Below, in pieces: positions 46,651-57,089 of a stretch of 64,000 nucleotides of DNA. Under the pieces are notes generated by a model that saw only the letters and a list, made by a program, of their open reading frames with translations, was not told the origin of the DNA and made no database searches. This stretch comes from a virus (Duplodnaviria; Caudoviricetes), in the IMG/VR virus record IMGVR_UViG_3300028797_002495, positions 17,756 through 81,755 of that record. One strand, 5' to 3'. Every line of letters starts with the position of its first letter. The first letter of the stretch is position 1. A program made the translations under genes and the position numbers.

Positions 46651-47439
46651 TCATCCTTTCATATATTGTTGTGCAATTTTTTGTGAATTATCATATGAAA
46701 ATTCGCCAAAATATTTTTCTTCTGCATCTTTACGAGCTTTTACTGCATCATTAAAATCAGCGAAACTTCCCAAAGAAATTTTTTTATAATTCCAGTTTAT
46801 ATATGCGTCCCATCTTTTATCTCTTTTGTCATACGAAACACCTGCAACTCCTGAAGTGTTTCTTTTAGTCAATCCTTTATTCATGCTATTTTGAGGAGTA
46901 TTCACAATGCGTAAATTTTCTCTCCTATTATCATTTTTATTATGATTAATATGATCTACAAGGATAGCAGGATCGCCGTTATGTATATCCATAATATATC
47001 TATGAAGTTTTATAGAGTTTGCCGCATTACAAACTTCATTATCTCTGCTTTTATTTACATACCACGTATATTGCAATACTTTATCTAAATCACATTTAGA
47101 TATATAAAATTCGTTATCTTTATTATCAAACATGACTATCATGTTTTCTTTTTCGATATATTTATTTTGTTTATATCTTCTTCCAATTTTGTGATATTCA
47201 CACCCACATGAATAAACTCCACAATATTTTAAATTTCCATAATTTTTGACAACGTTTTTAGTACCACAATCACAATCACAATATACATATACTGTTGAAC
47301 GATTTTTAATATGAAGAGGAGTTGGAGCGATTCCGGTAATAACTAATTTCCCAAATCTTTGCCCAATACACTCTTTTTTATCCAAATAAATCTTCCTCCA
47401 TATCATCATCGTCATCGTCTTCTGTATCATCATTATCAA
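46651..47439 (-). CDS. Free-standing HNH-AP2 homing endonuclease (true start likely TTG at LDKKE)
   Basis: GQRFGKLVI..CDCDCG..SCGC; DHINHNKNDNRRENLR; NTSGVAGVS AP2 domain. Confidence 0.9.
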   Translation of the reverse strand: MIMMIQKTMTMMIWRKIYLDKKECIGQRFGKLVITGIAPTPLHIKNRSTVYVYCDCDCGTKNVVKNYGNLKYCGVYSCGCEYHKIGRRYKQNKYIEKENMIVMFDNKDNEFYISKCDLDKVLQYTWYVNKSRDNEVCNAANSIKLHRYIMDIHNGDPAILVDHINHNKNDNRRENLRIVNTPQNSMNKGLTKRNTSGVAGVSYDKRDKRWDAYINWNYKKISLGSFADFNDAVKARKDAEEKYFGEFSYDNSQKIAQQYMKG

Positions 47440-48490
47440 TAGCCTGAGTGGGCTTATTCATAATGTCATCAAGTTTTTCTTCTTTTGAAGGTTCAAAGAG
47501 TTCTTCTTCTAATTCACTCATCTTGATATCACAATCTACATATCCGTCTGCATAATCTCCGGTTAGATTGTAATTTGTAAGTTTAAACTCGGTTACTCTT
47601 TCTCCGTAAACATTTCCTGAGAAATCAGCAAGACTTTTAATGCCAAGTTCAATTGCTTCTCTCTGAGTCGGAGTAAGATCTTCTAATGTAATTTCCTCAG
47701 CCTGTGCCCCATTGAAATAAGTAAATTCTGCCGCAATTGCATAAATGCTCTTACCAAGACCAACCTTAATTTTATTATCTTCTGTTAAAGAACAACCAAT
47801 TGTCTTCAGTTTGAATTCTGCTAACTTACGATGCTTTTCATTTTCCCAGTCAATTTTTGAACAATCAAAAATAACCGTCTGAGGAACATACATGTTCTTC
47901 TTTTCCTCTGCTATATAAGTCTTGATCCAACCGTTAATTGCTAATTTATGTTCTTCTCTCCAATCTGCAGTATCAAAAGAATCCTTACTGAAATAAAACA
48001 TATCAGTACACTTAAATCCATTCTTGTCATCTTCATTAGCAAGATAAAAATTCTGAATCTGGAATCTATCAGAAATCTTGCCCTGATATACATTTTTATT
48101 AACCTGTCCGGTAACAGTTATTCTCTTGCCTTTAATTTTGTCAACATTTTGAACAAGATATCTAACTACATCATAAGCACTAATAAATTCTTTGCGATCA
48201 TCAGCAATATTAATCACATTCTTTTTGTAATTGGCAACCTTTTCTACTACATCATCATCAAAACGATCTTCCCAAGAAACATCAATCTTAGAATTATCTG
48301 AATCCATAGTGTGAATTGCATCTGATTCCATTCCAAATAATTCAAGGAATGCAGTATTATTCTTTGCTGCCTTTATAGCACAACTAAATGTTTCATAATT
48401 GTTTCCATTCTTCGTCTTGCCTGATCTTACGTAGGGATTTTTTGAAGCTTCATCATTGATTATACAATCGCCTGTAAATCTAAATCTCAT
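47378..48490 (-). CDS. Phage single-stranded DNA-binding protein-like (acidic tail)
   Basis: Beta-rich body and acidic DDDDDMEEDLFG C-terminus; sits beside the Sak4-like ATPase. Confidence 0.65.
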   Translation of the reverse strand: MRFRFTGDCIINDEASKNPYVRSGKTKNGNNYETFSCAIKAAKNNTAFLELFGMESDAIHTMDSDNSKIDVSWEDRFDDDVVEKVANYKKNVINIADDRKEFISAYDVVRYLVQNVDKIKGKRITVTGQVNKNVYQGKISDRFQIQNFYLANEDDKNGFKCTDMFYFSKDSFDTADWREEHKLAINGWIKTYIAEEKKNMYVPQTVIFDCSKIDWENEKHRKLAEFKLKTIGCSLTEDNKIKVGLGKSIYAIAAEFTYFNGAQAEEITLEDLTPTQREAIELGIKSLADFSGNVYGERVTEFKLTNYNLTGDYADGYVDCDIKMSELEEELFEPSKEEKLDDIMNKPTQAIDNDDTEDDDDDDMEEDLFG

Positions 48491-48506
48491 TTGTTTCTCC
48501 TTTGTA

Positions 48507-48707
48507 TCATATAATTAAATATTTTTCAGCCCATCTTTCCAAAGAAAGCGGCGTGTAACCAGTACTTCCACAATACGGACAAACCTTTTCGGTTATCTCT
48601 ATACCGTACAGCATTCTGGGACTGCTTCGAGCGTCTTTGTAATCAAAAATTTGACCACACTTTCCACAGACACAGGATGACTTTTTATAAAATTGCATTC
48701 TCTGCAT
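48507..48707 (-). CDS. Small zinc-ribbon protein
   Basis: CGKC...CPYC. Confidence 0.55.
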   Translation of the reverse strand: MQRMQFYKKSSCVCGKCGQIFDYKDARSSPRMLYGIEITEKVCPYCGSTGYTPLSLERWAEKYLII

Positions 48708-48750
48708 TTGTTCATCGATTCTCCTTTCTTTTATATTTTATCATCCTATT

Positions 48751-48762
48751 TAATTTTGTCAA
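48751..48762 (-). promoter_or_regulatory. SigA-type promoter upstream of the SSB/Sak4 operon (4 of 6)
   Basis: TTGACAAAATTA; TGa-TAAAAT 16 nt after TTGACA. Confidence 0.8.
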
Positions 48763-48783
48763 GTCTTTTTTTAAAGTAGAGTC

Positions 48784-49017
48784 CTAAAAGAACTCTACAT
48801 AGATTTCTGCTTTACCAAAAGAATATTTAATACATTCTTCGCTAGAATCGCCAGGCACCGCTTCTTCAGTTGCGTATGCAGGAATAGTTATCTCATCCCC
48901 ACGATCATTAAAAATTGTTTTTGCTCCGCTATATTCAGTTTTAATGTCTTCGATGTCCCAATCCATACAAGCTATTACTTCGCCCATCATCTTAATGATT
49001 ACTGTAGCAGTACCCAT
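48784..49017 (-). CDS. Hypothetical protein
   Basis: ORF track; RBS AAGGAGG. Confidence 0.6.
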   Translation of the reverse strand: MGTATVIIKMMGEVIACMDWDIEDIKTEYSGAKTIFNDRGDEITIPAYATEEAVPGDSSEECIKYSFGKAEIYVEFF

Positions 49018-49341
49018 ATCATTCCTCCTTATCGGGTGCTTAGTTTATGTTCCAATATAAGTATGGCGAAAATAAAATTTAATAATCACCTTGTTTTTAT
49101 TTTTTTGTACAAAAATATATTATCAAATTTAAAGTCCTTTTTATTGTACACATCGTACATTCGTTCGGTATTTTTGTGCTGCGTTCGTATCCTCTTTGAA
49201 TTATACTCCCAATATTTCATTTGTCAACACAATTCTAAAATATTTTTATTATTTTTATTCTATTTAATATTATGTAATCTTGTTTTTGTATATTTTATTG
49301 CTTTTGTAGCTGTTTTTGAGACAATTTGACAATAAAAAATA

Positions 49342-49623
49342 TCAGTTATATTGAATCCACTTTTTCATTTCCGAATGAAAATTGTTTCCCAAAAGCTTCT
49401 TTGCTGCCGCCATTGCAAATCCAATTTCAGGATCAAACTTATCACCCTCTCCCGCTTTAACAATTGTTTTAGTATTGTCTGTCCAATAAATAATTGTTGC
49501 AGGATTATTGAAAATAACTTTTTTAATTTCAATGGGGAGCGGAATCGAAACAGAATCTCCTGAATTAAAATTATAATTAAGTAGTGTGTCTTTTGTTCCA
49601 AATGTCCATATACAATTGCTCAT
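49342..49623 (-). CDS. Conserved phage protein (IKKVIFNNPAT domain)
   Basis: IKKVIFNNPATI..W.D.TKT.VK...DPE.G.AMA.AKK shared with 55380..55916. Confidence 0.7.
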   Translation of the reverse strand: MSNCIWTFGTKDTLLNYNFNSGDSVSIPLPIEIKKVIFNNPATIIYWTDNTKTIVKAGEGDKFDPEIGFAMAAAKKLLGNNFHSEMKKWIQYN

Positions 49624-51156
49624 AATTCATTCCTCCAATTTAATTTTGTCATTACTACCAATAATATCTTTAATAATATCAAAATGTCTTCCAGTCTTTT
49701 TGGGTTGGCTTTGCATATTATATACTACAGACAATCCTGTTTTAGTTGAAAAACCCACATAGCATTCTTCAGTTATTCCGGTTACGATAAATGCTGAATC
49801 TTTTGTTATAATATAAACCTCGTCGCCAATCTGTATTTCTTTTTTAGATTTATAATGATCAGCAATTCCTTTTATACATTCATAATACTCTCCTGAATAA
49901 TCATCATCATTGTAAATACATGTTAAACAATTTTTATTCTCAGGATCTTTATCATCATTTGCCCATAATTCTATATCCCATGTTTTAATATCAGAAACCA
50001 ATCTCTTTCCGTCATTGTATTCTATAACAGCATAAAGATTTGTTATGTCATTAAGTTTTCTATTTTTAATATCAATATATAATCTCATGAAGTATACTCC
50101 TTTACTTTTTCTATCCACCTTCTTGTTGGTTCAACAAACTGTACCAAGTTGTGGTTATCATCTATATACCCTTGTGCGCATCCTTTGCATACTTGACTAT
50201 TTTTGTTTGTACAATCGTTGCAAAAGCCTGTATAACTATGTGTTGGAATAACAAAAATATTAGCCATCTGTATACTCCTTTACTTTTCGGTCTATGATTT
50301 TTAATATTTTTTCTAGATAAGTTCTTCTATCATAAAAGCTATCAGATATTGGTGTACGATTAATCATATTTTCAACTTCTGCCTTAATCTCATCAATGAC
50401 ACTTAAGGGAACGGCATTAACTGTCGGCATATCCCACACTATATGAATCGCATCACTATAATCATTGCAACTATTTTGTAATTCCTTTTCTAATTCATCT
50501 CTGTCAATCAAATCCATTCACTCACCCTCACTTTCTACCTTGTATAGACATTCCTTTTCATCACAACACCATTCATACCAAATATCCTCGATATATGCTT
50601 TATCACAAGATAAACAAGGTTCTTCTAAAAGTCCCTCGTCATCAAAATTCATTCTCGCCATTCACTCACCTTCACTTTCTGCCTTGAATATATCGTCATA
50701 TATCATCTTTGACAACTTATCAAGGTTTCTTTTGGCGTGTCCGTACATAGTGTCAAACTCTGTCAACTCCTTTGTAACACACATTCTATTGATTTCTCCC
50801 TTGATGGTGTCTGCAAGGTTCATCATTGTTTTTCTTTCGTTCTCGGTCATTCCGCATCACTCCCCTTTCCAGTGCTTATACTCATTATCAGTACATTCAC
50901 ACATATAATCATAATCACCGTCACAACCATTTCGCTCATCATAGTTGTTGCAGTTATCACAACTCTTTTCTATCTGCACCTTTTCCTTAAAATCGTTATA
51001 TCTTATAGATAATAGTCTTTCTATATTTCCTTGAGCGCATAATGCCATAGCATCTAATTCTTTCAAATCATTAGTAACGCACATACGGTTTATTTCACCC
51101 TTTATGGTATCAGCGATTATCATCATATTTTTTCTTCCTATTTCAGTCATTCCTTA

Positions 51157-51314
51157 TCCTCACTTTCCTGTGACTCAATCCACTTTTTATAGCACTCTTG
51201 AAAAATCTCTTTAGTCATTACAACCTCGGTTTTATAAGTGTTTTCTCCTATTTCGAGCATGGGTGTATACTTAATCACAACATCATCTTCAACCTCAAAA
51301 TATATTTTGCTCAT
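51157..51314. repeat. 158-bp direct repeat, copy 1 (encodes MSKIYFEVEDD... about 55 aa on the - strand)
   Basis: Matches 53168-53325 except for two substitutions that I could see. Confidence 0.92.
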
Positions 51315-53167
51315 ACTTCCTCACTTTCTTTTTTAAGAGCCATGTACTCTTCGAAATGCTCTTCCTGAAAACACTGTAATGCCCTACAAAGAATCTTTTT
51401 AGATATGATCATTCTTGTCATGTCTTCTATATAAGGTGTTATAGTTTCAAATATAAATCTATCTTGTTCTTCCCTTACTTGTTGTATTATACTCTCGGTG
51501 ATTTCTGTTACTCGTGTCGTCATGTTTACTTCCATATTATTCCTCCACATTTTTTATTTTGTATGGTTCGGGGTTTTCTTGCCACGCTATTACATTATCT
51601 GCGTAGGCTCTTTCGTGATTGATTCTATTATCGTTATACCAAGTGTTAGAACCATCAAAGAAACAAGCATCAACGAGATAATTGGGATTCATTACATTAT
51701 TGGGATAGTACCTCGTCACTCTATAAACATCAGCGATTTTAGGCAGCCTTTCAGAAACAGGAATCCACTTTAACTCTTGCTCTAGTGCTTCTATTGCTAT
51801 GTTGTAAGCTTCTTCTCGTTTATCGAATAACTTTTCACTACCAGTTCTAACTGTTATTTGATTTGGATTGGATTCTGTCAAAATTGAAATTGCTTCTTCT
51901 CTCGTCATTCCTTATCGTTCCTTTCTTAATGGGCAATTATCGGGAAGCTTCTCCCAGAAGAATCTGTCGCACCCCATGAACTCCTCACCGTCCATGAGGT
52001 TGTAATGTAGTTGATAATACTTGCAACCTTCGCATCGGTCATCCATTTGTGTACTCCTTTACTCCAAAACATATACCACCATCCATAACATCATCGTCTG
52101 TATCTTCGTTCATGCAAAAATACGCTTCATAATTCTTTTTATCTAACATATAATCCACTGTTTTCTTTTCTGATAAACTGCAAACATGATGTAATCCGCT
52201 TTCAGAAATTATACTTCTTGAATTTAAACAATTATCACATTTCATTTATCACACTCCATATGCCTCCGGCAAAGGCATCCAGGCTCTCACATCTTCAATG
52301 TCTCTATCTTCGAAATAAAGCATCGATTTTCTCTTGGATAATCTTTTTAGCAAAAAAAAGTCCTAAAGCCCACTTAACATCGTAGTTTTTTTCTTCTTCT
52401 GCTATTTTCTCTATTTCTGACTTCAAGTCATTGAACATATCTATTACTTCTTCTTTGGTATAAGCATCTTCAACAATATGTAATTTTTTATATCGTCCAC
52501 ACGCTGTGATAGGATCTGCTACGATACCATCTGGATTTTTGCAATCTTGATAACTTAAGCAATAATCTTTATCACAACAGGATTCACATAAACAGTTATT
52601 CATTATCACCTCTGTACTTGTCGATTATTTCAAACACATCATCGGGTTCAAGACGGGGTATTCTTACTTCATCCGTTCCATCAAGACTAACAATAACATC
52701 TTCCCAAACAGCCTTTTCTATCTCGGCTCTTATCTTGTCAAGCACCTCAATATACGGTGGCTTACCCCATATACTCTCTACTGTTTCTGCAATAACTTCT
52801 TCGTCATGTTCATCAAGTGGTGTGCCGTTTCTGATTAAATGCTCACCCCATGTCATAGGGGCTTTACACGCTTTTATTATTTCATATTCTTCTTTAGGCA
52901 TATCAATTACTATCTGCATCTTTATTCCTCTCAAAACCAATTACCTTGACTATCTTGCATTATCTCTTTTCCACAAAACTTGCAATGTGCGTGAACGTTA
53001 CATCCATTAAATTCCTGTGGTTTATCATCTGGCAAATGCCATTCCATTATATTATGGTAGAACCAATTAAATATATGACCTTTTGATATAAGATAAATAA
53101 CTCCACTAATCCATATAATAGCCATAATGATTACAATTATTTCTAAAATCTTAACTAACATATCTAT

Positions 53168-53325
53168 TCCTCACTTTCCTGTGACTCAATCCACTTTTTA
53201 TAGCACTCTTGAAAAATCTCTTTAGTCATTACAACCTCGGTTTTATAAGTGTTTTCTCCTGTTTCGAGCATGGGTGTATACTTAATCACAACATCATCTT
53301 CAACCTCAAAATATATTTTACTCAT
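53168..53325. repeat. 158-bp direct repeat, copy 2
   Basis: Matches 51157-51314. Confidence 0.92.
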
Positions 53326-55379
53326 CCTTCATATACTCCTCTTCATTTTTTGCCAGTTCATATATAATACTAACTAATATAAAAAATTCTATTGTTGTTA
53401 ATATTGTAAACAATCCTATAGCTTCAAAACACCATGAAAGTGTAATAGAACATACTAGCAATATTGGAATTGATAGAATTGCTAATGACGCTGCTATGCT
53501 ACCCAAAATTAATATTATTTTCTTCACTTTATACCTCTCTCTATTTTCTAACTTCTTCAACTTCTATATTCAGAATCATATCTTTATAATTCTTCAGACA
53601 TTCTTTAACATCATTAATCCAATTAATATCATGCATTGTTGTTGTAAATACTTGTTCTGGAGCATCGTTTATTAATCTATCTAATGTGATTAACTCATTA
53701 AAGTAATCTTCTATCTTTTTCATTCTGTATACTCCTTTACTTTTTCATCTATGATTTCAAGTGCACATTCATAAGCGGTTCTTTTTCCGTCAGAGTAACT
53801 TGGATGATATTCGTAAACAGGAATTGCATCATGCTTCTTCTGTATTTCTGCTTTAATATCATCAATAACGTTTAACGGTATGTCCATTCTTTCCCAACAA
53901 GACAAATCATCATCACAACGACCACAAATAAGACTTTCCATTCCGTAATATTTGCAATTATTGCAAGCTTTATACATTCACTCACCTACTTTCTACCTTG
54001 ATTTCAGCCTTTGTCATTTGTTCAGTTAAAAGATGATATAAAATATCGGCTTGCTCTCCTAATTCCATTTTCAAGACAACAACTTTTCCATTGACTATTC
54101 TTGAAACACATATTCCTGCTTCATCATCTAAACTGCTATCAAATGTAACTGTCAGTGTGTCTGATATTACCTTCATTCCTGATCCCCACTTTCTTCCTCG
54201 TAAGAATTATCTCCGCAATAAGATATAACGTGAGCATATTCGCCATCACTATGATAAAGATATTTACCCTCTATTAATGCTTTTATATCCTCATTTGTAA
54301 GCACCATATGTTCTATTCCCCACATAGCATCAATGGTTTCATATTTTTGAACAATCTCAAAATGGTTTCCAAGTCTTTTTATGATTTCTTTAACCTTTAC
54401 TGCATTTATCATCTGTCTACCTCCACAACTTCCTCCAATGCTTCATAAATCATTAATATTCCTTTTATTTCTCCAGAGATTGTTGCAATCTCATGTGTCA
54501 TATAAAAGTCAGATTTTATATTCTCTTCTTCTTGCTTTTTACGAAGCTGCTTAAGTTCTTCTTTCATTTTTTTCTTGGCATTTTTAAGAACCTTTGAGTA
54601 TTCTTTCTGTGTTAATGAAATAGAACCATATTGTTTATTCTGTTCTCTTAAATGAGGACAAGTATTATCGATCCATCTATTTAATTCTTGCGAAATGTTT
54701 TCATTTGTAAAAGATGCTCCTTCCCAGTATTCCACTTCTCTTTCTCCTTTTTCTAATTAAACATCAACTTCCAGTCATCATTACCATATTTGATATTAAA
54801 TTTTCTCTTAATGCGCTTGCGCTTCCTGCAATTCTTAGCATGATACTGACCAAAATAATCTTTGCCGCCTTTACAAATCATTGGATAAAAGCCATCGATT
54901 GGAACTGAATAAGCTTGCTCAACGGTATATCCGCAATGATCACAATATCCATGCTGCTCGACGATGCCATAGCACTCTTCTGCGTATGAAACATATCTAT
55001 ATTTTTTATATCCACATACCGGACAATTCATTTTATTCTCCTATTGAATATTGGTTTTATTTATATTTATTTGTCCATCTATTAATAGCTTCTTTGTCTT
55101 CATAATGTTCTGATAGTATATATAAACAACTATCAACTGCCAACAGTTTTTCTGGGCTACGTTCTTTCATACATTCAACGTGTAAATCTAAAATCTCTTG
55201 TATACAATCCTGCCAAGCTTCAATAAGTTTAATAACATTTCCGTAAGCTTTAACGATTTCATTTGTGTCCATAAGTAAATCACAATGTCCACAATCTCGA
55301 TTACAAGCATTAACACTTGCTCTCTGAACGCAACGTAACTCGTTTTCCATTATTTCATGTGTTTTAATTAAGTCCATTG

Positions 55380-55916
55380 TTAACTCTCCTTTGGCAACCA
55401 CTTTTTGAACTCATTATAATAATTGCCTTGATTACCATAGACTTTCTTAGCAATAGCCATAGCCAAACCTTTTTCAGGATCATAATCTTCTCCTTCAGAT
55501 TTAACTACTGTTTTAGTCCCATCTTCCCACATTACTATTGTTGCCGGATTATTAAAAATAACTTTCTTAATAATTGGCAATATCCACGTTGCTATTTTAG
55601 TAAGAGTTACTTTTGTCATCATATCTTCTTTTTTCTCCTCTTCATCTATTCCTTTAATTTTATCTCTAATCCAATCTATCATCTTATCCTTATTTTCTAT
55701 TGAATAAGAATAATAAGTTGGATCATAACACTTATAAAAATAATATGGATCTGATGTCGTTTTTATCGTATAAACATTATCTTTGGTAACAAATATAAAT
55801 TGTTTATCTGTAAAATCCAAACAATATTTATTGGTCGTTGTTTGAGTTGGAAAAACGAGACAAACTCTTTTCCAAGCTGATTCAACGTCGTTACATATAA
55901 CATAATATCTTTCCAT
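55380..55916 (-). CDS. Hypothetical protein with C-terminal IKKVIFNNPAT domain
   Basis: C-terminal 60 aa paralogous to 49342..49623. Confidence 0.7.
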   Translation of the reverse strand: MERYYVICNDVESAWKRVCLVFPTQTTTNKYCLDFTDKQFIFVTKDNVYTIKTTSDPYYFYKCYDPTYYSYSIENKDKMIDWIRDKIKGIDEEEKKEDMMTKVTLTKIATWILPIIKKVIFNNPATIVMWEDGTKTVVKSEGEDYDPEKGLAMAIAKKVYGNQGNYYNEFKKWLPKES

Positions 55917-55925
55917 TTCATCCTC

Positions 55926-56456
55926 CTATATAACATCAATTTGACAACTTTCCATTACTTTTAATGCAGCTTCATGTTTTTCTGGTGTGGTTCCGGCACA
56001 ACATTTTGAATCTACAAATATTCTAGTGTTAGGATATAAAGCACGAAGTATTAATGCATTACTAATTACACATATATCAGTACATAATCCAACCAATTCA
56101 ATGTGCCCAATTTCGTCTTCTTCTCCCAAAAGATTTTCCCACCCAGTGTAACCGAACGTTTCCTTAATAAGACGTTCCCCATTAACTCTTAAATCAATTG
56201 TTAAACGAGGAGTTATTTCCCAGCCCTCAGTTTTATGTATACAATGTTTAACTGGCAACTTTTGACCTTCTAATGTATCAAGATAATTTTCATAATGAGT
56301 GTCTTGTGTATAATAAATATAGTTTTCATTTGAAAAACGGTATTCATTAATTTTCTCTTTGACATTTAATATAATGGCTCTTGCTTCAGGACTACCAAGA
56401 GATCCATCAACAAAATCATTTTGCATATCAACTACAATTAATATTTTCTTTTTCAT
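55926..56456 (-). CDS. pncA: Nicotinamidase / isochorismatase-family cysteine hydrolase
   Basis: VVDMQNDF, TQDTH, HC..TEGW, KETFG, GLCTDICV. Confidence 0.85.
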   Translation of the reverse strand: MKKKILIVVDMQNDFVDGSLGSPEARAIILNVKEKINEYRFSNENYIYYTQDTHYENYLDTLEGQKLPVKHCIHKTEGWEITPRLTIDLRVNGERLIKETFGYTGWENLLGEEDEIGHIELVGLCTDICVISNALILRALYPNTRIFVDSKCCAGTTPEKHEAALKVMESCQIDVI

Positions 56457-56993
56457 CTAACCTCCGATCTTGTCAACGTATTCTATAATCTGATCCACAA
56501 AGTTCCGACATTCCTGCTGAACATATTCTAAATCTCTCATAGGATAATCTTCATAATAAGGATATTCTTTTTCTATTTCAATTCTCTGTTTAATACGAGG
56601 ATTTGTTCCCCATAATTCAAGAACTCTATCTAAATCAATTCCGTCACCAGCATGACCACAATCAAATCCTAACCACCACAGATTGCTTTCAATTGGATAA
56701 TTGTTTTCACTGCCAGCATAAGTTAAACTTCCATGAACATTGAAATAAAAATCTAAAGTAACTTTATCTTCATAATCTTTCAGACAAGCCATTAACCACG
56801 GAAGTACCCCTCGCTTCTCCTGATATACATCTTTTATTTCTTTAAAAGTTATATCAAGACTATCACTATAATCTTTTCCATATAATAGATGTCCTACTGG
56901 CAATCCCACATAGCCACATCTAAATCCTCTGTCTGTAAATATTGTCACGCAACGATAACCCTTATATTCAAAATCTGATTCCACTATATACAT
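56457..56993 (-). CDS. Conserved phage hypothetical protein
   Basis: RCGYVG..VHGSLTY..WWLGFDCGHAGD. Confidence 0.7.
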   Translation of the reverse strand: MYIVESDFEYKGYRCVTIFTDRGFRCGYVGLPVGHLLYGKDYSDSLDITFKEIKDVYQEKRGVLPWLMACLKDYEDKVTLDFYFNVHGSLTYAGSENNYPIESNLWWLGFDCGHAGDGIDLDRVLELWGTNPRIKQRIEIEKEYPYYEDYPMRDLEYVQQECRNFVDQIIEYVDKIGG

Positions 56994-57035
56994 TTAATTT
57001 TTCCTCCTTTTATCTACTATTTTATATTGCATTTT

Positions 57036-57047
57036 AATTTTGTCAAT
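57036..57047 (-). promoter_or_regulatory. SigA-type promoter (5 of 6)
   Basis: TTGACAAAATTA; weaker -10. Confidence 0.65.
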
Positions 57048-57063
57048 ACTTAAATAGCAAAAA

Positions 57064-57089
57064 TATAGAGGCTTTTTCAAGCCTCTATA
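57064..57089 (-). terminator. Rho-independent terminator after the MrpR-like gene
   Basis: TATAGAGGC/GCCTCTATA stem followed by TTTTT on the - strand. Confidence 0.75.

Larger units (their letters stand above)
49627..55401 (-). other. Array of about 25 small, mostly Cys-rich accessory genes with shared junction sequences
   Basis: ORFs at 49627, 50085, 50260, 50662, 50857, 51311, 51537, 52039, 52304, 52596, 52931, 53318, 53541, 53720, 53982, 54173, 54409, 54753 and 55057, plus untracked ORFs near 50518-50660, 51147-51314, 51905-52045 and 53163-53325; overlapping stop/start junctions. Confidence 0.75.

Noticed and set aside
46651-47439. Intron around, or start-codon duplication by, the second HNH-AP2 gene
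   Set aside because: No group I core motifs flank it, the neighbouring genes are complete, and similarity to the start of the ATPase gene is too weak.
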